From the NCBI RefSeq assembly GCF_000143415.4, contig NW_003314263.1:3854451-3918450 (forward strand): DNA of 64,000 nucleotides. Direction: 5' to 3'. Of the stretch, positions 49,522 through 59,449 are shown in pieces. This DNA is from Selaginella moellendorffii (Eukaryota; Plantae; Lycopodiophyta). Numbering within the stretch: the stretch's first letter is position 1; the number at the start of each line of letters is the position of its first letter. Made by a program: the position numbers and the translations under genes. Under the pieces are notes generated by a model. That model had not been told where the DNA came from. It made no database searches and saw nothing but the letters and a program-made list of their open reading frames with translations.

Positions 49522-50630
49522 GAGGAGACGCAATCAGCGTGAGATGGAAGTTTTTTTTTCTTTTGCTTTCGAACACTTCAGCTAATGCCATAGCCAGAGA
49601 ATATTTTCTTCCGAGCTGTTTCATGCTAGAGGTTGCCTTGGATGCAGCGTCTCAGTTCTCGTGCTGTGGTGTAGAGGATCGGGACCCGTTGGAACGAGCC
49701 TTTTGGATTCGGATGGAACTGCTGGAGGCGCCAGTTCTAGAAGCTCCAGCGTCCTCCTAGCTGACAAGTTCTGATCACAAAAGGCAAGGAGAAGTTTCGT
49801 TTTGTTTATCTCGCTCTGAAACTTACTCGGATATGGTTTCTTCCAGATAGCGATGCAGCAGTCTTTGGTAGTAGCCTCTTCTCGACGCTAAGAAGTTTTT
49901 CTCGGTTTCTAGACCGCGCTTGCAAGTGTTGTTTTCCAGATTGCGCTCCACCGATCCTCGTTAAGCTCTGCTCAATGGTAAGTATGTTAGCTTCCTCGTC
50001 AATTTCTATCACTCACTTGGAGCTGGTTTCTTTCTCTCGCAGCATCCGCTGATCCTAAAACTCAAGTGAGGTGACAAGATCTCTACACAGGTTACGTACC
50101 TCGCAACGCAGCAGAGATGGCGACCAAGATCGCCAGCGCTCTCAACATGTTTGCCACTGAAACTTCCGCGAGAAACTTTAGGAGCTGGAGCTTTTTATCG
50201 AGGATCCTCGTGGCTGTACGAGGCGAAACATCATAGGAGTGTGCCGGGAGTGGCGCAACCCAGACCCAACACGCATGGCTGCCGGGGTGATTGCTCGGCT
50301 TCCAAGCGAAGAACACGCAGCTCCTCGTAATGGAATGGATCGCTGGTTGGTGCTCTCCATCAAACCCGAGCATTCGACACGATGAAGATTCTTGCTGGTG
50401 ACATCATGGTGAAAGAATGATCTCAAGAACACCAGCACGAGCAAAACCATAGCTTTCGATGTACTTTGTTCTTGTCCCACTCTTGGCCCGACATTCCCGT
50501 AAAATGTTATCCTATACGAATATACATTCTACATTTTATGTGATACGCTACCTAAAATGTAGCGTAAGATACAATAATCCGTTTCTATATGTTAAAGCTC
50601 GAGAGATTGAAAGGCTAACCTAGGTTTCTA

Positions 50631-50891
50631 ATGGATTGTGCGATGGAAGTGACGATGGCGTGCGAGGGAATGGAGATCGATGACGCGGACGTGGAGATGG
50701 CGGAGGTGACGAGGAAGAGCTGCCCTAGAGCGCTGCCCACCTTCTATGTTCCCAGGCAGCACAGGGAGAGACACTATTCCGTGGAGGAGAGTCTCAAGGT
50801 GGCTAGGGTTGATCGATTCAAGGCCGCCACAACCCACAAGGTGGCCAAACTGGCTAACAACATCAACTTGGCGATGATCCGGGCGTGCTAG
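50631..50891 (+). CDS. Small hypothetical protein, 86 aa
   Basis: ATG-initiated ORF with strong G/C third-position bias in AT-richer flanks. No family recognised. Confidence 0.45.
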   Translation: MDCAMEVTMACEGMEIDDADVEMAEVTRKSCPRALPTFYVPRQHRERHYSVEESLKVARVDRFKAATTHKVAKLANNINLAMIRAC

Positions 50892-51064
50892 CGAGTTGGA
50901 TTTCTTAGAACTTGGATCAAAGTTCATCAGAAGCTCGCTGATCGAAAGCGCGGCCAAGATATGTGTATTTTTTGTAGCAAAACAAGTATGAATGTGATCT
51001 TCCTCCGGGATCTTCACATAGAAGGTACTAAGTTTATTAAAATCTAAATATTATATAAAATTTG

Positions 51065-51146
51065 CGTCAGCAGCAGGATTCGAACCTGCGAGGGTGTAAC
51101 CCAACAGATTTCAAGTCTGTCTCCTTAACCACTCGGACATACTGAC
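51065..51146 (-). tRNA. tRNA-Ser (UGA)
   Basis: Reverse complement GTCAGTATGTCCGAGTGGTTAAGGAGACAGACTTGAAATCTGTTGGGTTACACCCTCGCAGGTTCGAATCCTGCTGCTGACG: anticodon TGA, long variable arm, G discriminator. Confidence 0.95.
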
Positions 51147-51576
51147 TTCTTACAAAAACAAATCTATAAATTATGTTAATAAGCTAGCACATCCAACGGC
51201 TCTCATTGTCTTTATATTAATCACGGGTTTATTAATTATAAACATATTTTAATTTTAACTGGGCTTGCAACGAGTAAATATTCGCATCTGGTAACTTATA
51301 AAAAGTGTCATTGGACAGAGATGCCAATTCTCGCCTCTAAGCGAGGCATACATTTCTCGTGTTTGGGCGCTGAATCATCGATCCATCGGGGAAGCGGCGG
51401 CCCAGCGATGGCAGCAATCCATCCATCGCCCACGCCGCAATGCCACCCCGCCACGAGGAGCTGTGCGCGATGGCGCCGGTAAGCAGGTATCGCCATCGCT
51501 AGGGCAACGGCGAGAAAGTCTCCGCGGTTCGTCTTCTTGTTCCTCTTCTAGGTCTGGTCCATCGCAGCGCCAAGCG

Positions 51577-54215
51577 ATGGTGATCGGCTACATTGCCAGT
51601 TTCTTGCTGGGAGCTCTGGCTCTAGGGGTTGTGGAGATTGCGGTTCTGTGGTACTTGTTCGTCCACAAGCCCCGCCATCGCCACAAAGCGGCAGCGGCGA
51701 TTCTACCGTCCTTCTCCATGGAAGCCGATCCAAATTCTCCATCGAAAATCTCCATCGAGGTGAGTGAGGAGTTTCCTTTCGCTCGAAATAAAAATCAGAA
51801 CGAAACGATGGGGTTTTTTTTTCTTGTTCCAGGGAGAAATTTGGGTGGCTTCTGTGTCTCCTTTTCAAGTAGAGAATGCGAACAGCTCCAAGTTGCTACC
51901 CAAAGATCGAAAGCAAAAGAAGGCAACCGAGCAGAAAAACGAGATCTCCGTTTCACTCAAGTTTGCCAAGTTGCAAGATCGGACCTTGATTCTCACCGGC
52001 AGCGATGGTGCGGTTTCTTCCATCCAGTTGCAAGGATGCAGTGTCCTGGCCGTGTCAAGCACAGCAGCAGAAACGAGGAAGTGGTACGTGTTTTTTATTT
52101 CCATCTTCGTAGACTTCTGAGGTCTGGGCATTCTATATTGTTTTTCTCTTTGTGCTCTTTGGTCCATGCTTGCTCTAGCGTTTTCTATCCAGAATTTTCA
52201 CTCTTTTTCTCTTCCAATTCTTGCAGGGCCAAGAAATATCCTATCAAAGTGGAGCACTCCAGTCGAACTCTCCTGGGAACCACGGTATGCTTGCTCTACT
52301 TCAAAACGGGATGGGAGAAAGAAACATGGTGTGAGGCGCTTCGTGCAGCTGCAAGGAAAGACTACGGGCCAGACGACTGGTACTCTAAGCTCAAGCATGA
52401 GTTTGCGGAATACGTGACTGGCCTCAAAAAAAACTATCCAGAGGTTTTCAAGGCCGGCTCTAGCAGCAGCAAGAACTTCAGAGGGAGTGCTCCCGCGACG
52501 AAGAAATCCATGTCGTGGAAACGACTGCTAAAGAAGAAAAAAGTCGACGGTGCAAGGACCAAAGCCGTGACCGTCCAGACCGAAGATTTGAAGCCCGAGG
52601 AGCCTTTTCTTCATACTAGCAACAGCTACCAGGAAATCGACCAAGCAAAGGGAGAGTCGGACGCGAACCATTCAGATAGTACGATGGAAGGCTCGTCGTT
52701 CAGAAATCTGGCAGACGCTACGGAGTTTGGAAGTGCCGAGTTCGACGTGCTCCCTGCGAAACATCTCCCCGACAGCAGTGTTGCTGCGCTGAATCTCATG
52801 CTCTCGCGGCTCTTCTTCGACTTGTACCACAGCTCGGACTTCATCTCCGTTTTTCATACTCGGATCCAGGTTCACCTCTTATACGATAACACTTTTCTGT
52901 CACGGAAGGAGATGTTTTTGACCACTGGTGTTGCAGACGCTCTTGTCGAGAATTCCAACTCCTAGCTACATCAGCCCGATCACTTGCTCTCGGGTTGATA
53001 TTGGCAAATCTTGCCCGGTCGTGCACGGGCTCCGAGCTCTTCCCCTCTCGGACGACACTTTTGGAGTGGAAGCCGATATTGAGTATACCGGTGGTGCCGT
53101 TCTCACTCTCGAGACGAGGCTGGACATGAGAGAGTCTCGAGTTGGAGTTGAACCGAAAAACGACACAAGCTCGGCAGCGGCAGCGACCGCTGACATTATA
53201 AACAAAAGCTTGGAAACCGTGGAGGATGATTTGGAGGTGGCTGGAGAAGGTTCGGGAGATCAGGGGGGCTCAGGTAAGAAGAAAATCGTTTTCCTCTTCT
53301 CCTTGCTAAGAAGAGCAAGCTTTGATGTTGGGTGATCCAGGCAGCGCGAAAAGAAAGCGATGGAGTCAATGGAAGGCTTTCTTGTCTTCGGTCGCTGATC
53401 AAGTTTCCCAGGTACAGAGAGATGGATTTTCTGGAAAACTTTGGCTTAGATATCTCGTATGCTCTTCTCAGGTTCCACTCACTTTGTCGATGCGAGTAGT
53501 GTCAATCAAGGGAACCTTACAGCTCCGAATAAAGGCATCGCCATCCGACCGCATCTGGTACTCCTTCTCATCAATGCCGGCACTAGAGCTCTTCCCCGAG
53601 CCTTCCGTTGGGGACCATAAGATCACGACAGGGCCACTGATAACTTACATCGCCGAACGAATCCAGGTTCCTCTTTTTGTTTCTTTTATTTCCATTACCA
53701 TCAAGCTGAGTGATCGAGCCACTCGTTTGCAGATTCTCGTGCACGAAACTATGGTGTATCCAAACAGCGAAGATATCCACATTCGCTGGATGGTTTCGGA
53801 CGACGGGAACTGGGTCCAGCAAAGTGCTGCTCCGTTTCCTCAAAATCTAGCCGAGACAAAGCCGCCAGAGAAGCCGAGAGAAGGAAGCAATCACAGGAAC
53901 GAAGCTTCTCCTCCGGAAGTAAAGGACGAGCACGAAAGGTTGATCACTGGCGAAAGTAGCGGTGGCACGTCCGAGCTGGAGAAACCATTGCTGGACAGGA
54001 AGATCGAGCGGGATCATCGAGCCGCCAGGGAAGTAGCAGGAGCGATGATGGAAGGCAGTGGCGATTTCCAAGGAGCGATCGACGAGGATTCCAGCGAGAG
54101 CAAGAGGAAGAAAGGGACGAGGCGCGAGAAAATGCTGAGCTTGGGCAAGAAATTCGAGGAGAAAACTCGGCTCTTCGCGGAGAAAATGCGGGAGCGATTC
54201 GACAAAGAATCGTAG
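51577..54215 (+). CDS. TEX2/Nvj2-like membrane-contact-site lipid transfer protein (TM + PH-like + SMP), multi-exon
   Basis: N-terminal TM segment; PH-like AKKYPIKVE...YFKTGWEKETWCEALRAA; SMP-like LNLMLSRLFFD, LSRIPTPSYI, DIEYTGG, IKASPSDRIWYSF and ETMVYPNSEDI. Confidence 0.88.
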
Positions 54216-54279
54216 ATTTTCCATGTTAGTGGTTTAGTTTAATTAAATTTGATTAACTATAGCCCTTCATTTTTAAAAG

Positions 54280-54290
54280 TTCCCGCCAAT
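54280..54290. promoter_or_regulatory. E2F-like binding site
   Basis: TTCCCGCCAAT; the minus strand ATTGGCGG fits the plant E2F consensus WTTSSCSS. It lies ~45 bp upstream of the ATG at 54332. The motif is short and could be chance. Confidence 0.4.
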
Positions 54291-54331
54291 ATTGCCCTAA
54301 AAATCGGACAAGGCGAGGATGCTGTTTGGCA

Positions 54332-57300
54332 ATGTGGGCGAAGGTAAAGCTATGGTGGTTTCGATCGCGCTGTTTTATCGAGCTAAAATCTATCTTCTCC
54401 TCTCTTTCTTATTGACAGAAGAGGCCACGGGAAGATCCATCCAATGCCGATCGCGATCGTGAGTCTCTAGGTCGAAATCTCTTTTTTGATCCAGATGAAG
54501 AAGCATTGCCCGGATCCTATTCCAATGCGCTGATCGGCGATCGTGTGAAGAACACCGTATTCCAGGCGCGAGAGAGAACACTAGACAAAGTTCTCAGCGA
54601 TCTGGCATGGAATGGGCAGAGAGAGCTCATCCCGGCGATTCCCTTGTGCCGGCTAGCGCAAACCCATCTCGTCCGCCGCGCCAGCCAGGTAAACTCCGAG
54701 CTCTACACCGCCTTCGCCAACCTGGGCTTCGTCGCGAGCGCTGGAAGCTCCAGCTTCATCGTCTCACCGTTTGCTCCCGGGGCGACGAGGATGGAGGCGG
54801 TGACTAGCGCCGCCAGAGACTCGTGGGACGAGATCTGGCGGAGGAAATCGGCGGCTTTCGACCGAGCTTTGGATCAACACCCCGGGACGAAGCATCTGGT
54901 TGGAAAGATGTTCTTCGTGGTGGATGGAAACCACCGGTTGCTGGCGTGGATGAAGTGTATCCAGGATCGTTTCTCGGGTGATCTCGAGCGGCATATCGAG
55001 GTCCCGGTGGTGATGATCGCTGCCAGAGACGAGAAAGAGCTGCTCAAGCTCAAGAGTGCCTGCCACAAACTCAACGAGTAAGTAGTTTGCTTCTTCTTTT
55101 CATTGTTCTTGAGCTTCTTTTCTCTCTTTTTTCCTCACCACTTTGCTAACTCTTGAGCTTTCTATCCACCAGATTGAGCCAGTTTGCGTTTCAAGCTCAT
55201 ACGCTCGTCCATGAGATCGAGTACTTGCGATTCCTGGGCCTGATGACGATCGACCAAGTTCACGCTTTGTATGGAAGAGAATGGATGGAAGATGTTCGCG
55301 GGAAGCTTCAACGTGGTCGTAAAGAGACATGGTACACCATGCCTTTCGATTTCATACACACGGCTTGGGCAAGAGTAAGTAAAATTTATGTGGGTTCATA
55401 GCTCTAAACTAAAGTGTTCTACTTTTTGTGATTCAACAGCCGATGATCAAGGCGGAGCAAGATTTCTATCTTCGAAGAAACTCTGACAGGGACGCCGAGA
55501 CGAAGAAGCTTGAGTTACTGAAAATCCAGCACCGAGTACGAAGTACTAAGAGAACCAAGCTGTTGAAACTCCTCAACATCGCAGATGTCAATCGCAACCA
55601 AGACTGGCTCGATTGTATTGCCGAGATGTGTGCTCGTGGAAGTGAGTCTTCTCATATTTTTCTTTTCTTACAATTTTTTTGTTGCTGTGTAGGGAATGCC
55701 AAGGCACCAGAGGAGATCATCTATAACATCGCAAAGAGCAACCTTAGCCTCGAAGATCAAACCTCTTGCCTCCAGCATCTCAACGAGCTGATGATCCAAA
55801 ACGAGAGCTCTCTCTCGAGCAAAATCGAGAGTTTCATGAGGCACAAAGTCTACATCGATCAGACAATCAAGCATGGAGAGGAGCTTCTGGCCTCGTGGAA
55901 ACATTATCTTTACTCGGCGGCCACAGGAGTAAGTTTCGCGGAGTACGTCCGTGAGTCTTTAGAGCTCTTGGGCGATGGATGGTTACCGGAAAATTCATCG
56001 AGTTCTTCGAAGAATCAACCTGGACAACCTTTCTTCGCGAAACGAGCTGTTTACAGGTAGAAGTTTCTTCTGTTTTTTCTTCGAAGGACACAAACACGCT
56101 TTCTATATCTCACAGGTATCTTACGAACTCGGGTGATGCACCAGCGTACTCCGAGGCAGTGCTTGAGCAGCTCTTCGCGGGATCACAGCAAAACTCCGGG
56201 ATGTATGAGTCGGGATTCGACTTTGGCTTGCCAGGAGAGAAAGTTTTGTGTCCCTGGTATCTAGAGCTTCCTGCGAAGAGGCCAAAAACAGATTTCGAGG
56301 CAGAAATCTACCAACGTTTCCATCCAGGTAATCGGTGGCATTTGAGATAAATTAAAAAGTTTTGGAATGGTTTCTAGATTCGACTGGATCTTCGAGAATT
56401 CGAAAACAGAAAAAATGTCGTCCCAAATCTCGTGACCTTGGCACAGGTACGTAACTTACACAGATTTTCTTATTTTCTAATTCCCTTGATAAGTAGGATT
56501 GGAGGTAAACAAGAGAACCCAAGCTTTCATACACTTCTCTAGAACTTCACACAGGATGGTTAGTTCTTCGTTTATGTCCTCTCTTTGTTTTTCATTCTTG
56601 GAGTGCCAGGTTCATCCAAGTTCTCGTGAAAACCCACTCGCAAAATTTACCGTCTTGATAGGAGATTACATGAAGCTCTTGGAAGCTCATTCCTTCGAGA
56701 CTCGAGCATTTAGACGCTGGATCGGAGATTTGAGAGGAGGAAACGATCCCATTCTGGCGAACTACTTCATGCTCTTCGATGGCCTCCATTGCAATCTGGT
56801 GGACTTCGTGTTCTTCGACATGCCCGACGGCCTCCCTTGGATCGATGGAAGAATCTCTCCATGGAACGTTCTCACCAGCGAGCATATCTCCAAGGCCATG
56901 GAGGTGGCAAACGAGCTGCTCAAAGACTCCGGCACGGTTCTTTTCATTCTTCCACCATCTTCGACCTGGGCAGGAGAGCTTGCAACTGTGGCGAAATCGT
57001 TTCGATTTGCGGAGTTTGCGACTGGCTGCCTCGTGAACAACATCGGCATCGAGACTTTACAAGGTGATGGTCACAAGCTGAAGGTACAGAGCAACAAAGA
57101 AAGTTGATAAGTTCATGGATTTCACACTTGAAAATGCAGGTATTTGCCTGGACTTACTTCGCGTTTTGCCGAGCTGGGCGAACGGGAAAACGAGATTGCG
57201 ATCGCGCTGCCAGAGTTTTGCCTGGATATGACAGCGGCACGGACGTTATACCAAATGTGGTTGATGAGTTCAAGGCCGAGCTGTATCCTGGATATCGTTA

Positions 57301-57508
57301 CCGGTCACCGTTTGCGATGCAAGTAATGTTAGAGCTCTTTTGCCCGCCGGATGGAGCAGTGGTTGATGCTACTGCGGGTTGCGGATCCATGGTTCGAGCA
57401 GCATGGAATTCCGGGCGCTCGGTTCTTGCGATTGAAGTTGATCCCCGGTTTGAACATCTGCTCCGCCGCATCCGGTTTGAACGTCTGTTCCCGCATGGAA
57501 TCAGCTAA
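54332..57508 (+). CDS. ParB/Srx-like domain + beta-class DNA amino-methyltransferase-like fusion protein, 10 exons, ~874 aa
   Basis: Hand-spliced exons 54332-54343, 54419-55077, 55173-55374, 55440-55641, 55693-56056, 56116-56327, 56378-56446, 56497-56558, 56610-57083 and 57140-57508; all introns GT-AG and phase-compatible (2625 nt). Motifs: FFVVDGNHRLLAW; LIGDYMKLL; VDFVFFDMPDG; LLKDSG; PDGAVVDATAGCGSMVRAAWNSGRSVLAIEVD. Confidence 0.8.
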
Positions 57509-57960
57509 GTGAAAGTTTTTCGTTGCTTGATCCTGAGTTTGATCGTGTTCTTTAAGCTCTTTTATTTTGAAATGAAATATTATTACCTTTTTCGCTTGAT
57601 CCTGGATTTGATCATGTTCTTGAGCTGTTTCTCATTCAAGCTTTGCTAACTTCTGAGTAACTGTGTATGTCAAGTTTAAGCCATTACACCTATGTTTCAA
57701 ATTGTCTCACTGCGACACAGCTACCACTTTCAGAGAAATGATCAATGGAGCATCGAAAACTCTGGACAAACCCAAAAGAATAGAACCTCAAGATGATGAA
57801 CATTTGAGATGCGATGGAGGAGGTGTTCTAACGGATGTTTTACTTAACGGGATAGCAGCTACAGAGTTTCCTGAAAACGAAAAAGAAAAACCGGAATCAA
57901 GAAAGAGGTCAGGCAAAGGAAGGAAGAGATTGTAAGTATACCTGTTCGCTTGTGAGTCGT

Positions 57961-59383
57961 CTAAGAAGTTTGTAGGCTCTTTTCGATTCGTCCCACCTTA
58001 GTCGAAAGGTCTGTTGCTGATTTCGTGGAGTCTTTGCCCAGTTTCTTCAATTCTGCCTCAAGCTTTTTGATCTTGGCATCTTGCTCTTTGACGGTAATTG
58101 CCAGTGACTTCACATCCGCAGCGCTGATCCTTTCCGTCAAAGACATGGACTGTTACAGTGGACAAAAGTAGAAGATCCGTCAGTCTCCGTAAAAGAAACT
58201 GCAGCATACATAAACACATAAACAAAGAAAGCATTGTCCAGCAAGCAAGCTCGCTCGCGAGCAAGAAAAGAAACATGTAGAAACTAGAAAAATAAAGCAA
58301 AAGCTATGACCTCGTCACCGGAAGAAGCAAAACACGAAAACAAAAGAAGAAGTAGAAACCATCTCGATCACGAAACTAAAGAGAGAAAAGATCATGCAAG
58401 CAAGATCTAAGAAGAAAAACGACGAAAAATAAGTGAAGAGAGCCGAAACCAAAGATCAAGCATGACAACCATCTAAGAAAAAAAGCATGAACAAAGTAGA
58501 GTACCTTTTCAAGGATGGAGAGACGCTGCACTAGACTGTCCGATCCAAGCCGGTGCCTCTCCAGCGATTCCAGCACGAAGAGGAGATGCGTGGTTTGCAT
58601 GCTGCTGTGGTGCTGCTCGAGAGCTCCTTGCGGAAGAACATGCGAGCATCCAGCGCTGGAAAAGGGGCAGCTCACCATCTTCATGGAGCAAACGGTGGAG
58701 CAGTGCCGCTCCATCTCCATCCTCGCCACTCCATCTCCACACCCTTGCTCGCAATCCAACACCTTGAACGGGCACTCTCGATCGTGGCTGGCGGCATCCA
58801 TCGCCGAGAAGATCTCTCCACACCCATCGTTCTCGCAGGCCAGCGGACGAAACCGGCAATCCTTCTTGTGGGCTGCTAGAGCTTCCAGAGAATCCACCCT
58901 CTCGCGGCAGTGGCTGGACTGGCGATGGTGATCCACCCTGGCCAGCAGCGATCTCGCGAAGCTCTCGCACTGCCCAAGATCCCACGCGCCGCCGCCCCGC
59001 TGGAGATCACCTAGAATTTCATCGAGCTTGCCTTCCCTGCTCGTCTGGTCGGCCAGACCAATCTTGGTGGACATCCTCCGCAGTAAATTCTTCTTGGATC
59101 GCACGAATTCGCCCAGCAAATCGTCCACCGCGGCCGAGGGAGGAGCGAATTCCCGGAAAGAATCGCTGCTCTGGTCTAGGAAGTCTAGCATCTCCTTCTT
59201 TACCTCCGCCGCTAGTGCCACCAGCGACGATGGTCGGCGACCGAAAATCTCCCCCGACGCGCGCTCCAGCGTCGCCGCCGCCAGAGATCGCTGAAGAGAC
59301 CTCTCGATCCGCTGTAGCTCGCGGACGTCCATGTAGCCACAGTCGAGGAGGAGAGGCGGCGCTTCCTCCATCGCGCCCAGCAT
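57961..59383 (-). CDS. TRAF-type zinc-finger protein with a C-terminal coiled coil
   Basis: Repeated Cys/His fingers HKKDCRFRPLACENDGC, HDRECPFKVLDCEQGC and HCSTVCSMKMVSCPF...GC. Last exon SAADVKSLAITVKEQDAKIKKLE. Confidence 0.85.
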
Positions 59384-59449
59384 TTCTTCCACTAAACCCT
59401 AAAATACATATTTATCTTTTAATTTTATATATTACACAATATTTTGAGA

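Noticed and set aside
49600-50500. Possible minus-strand gene downstream of RPL35 copy 2
   Set aside because: Short frames that I could not join into a consistent spliced model or assign to a family.
54332-57508. Bacterial or phage contamination as the source of the ParB-MTase
   Set aside because: It has nine spliceosomal introns of host-typical size and is contiguous with plant genes on both sides.
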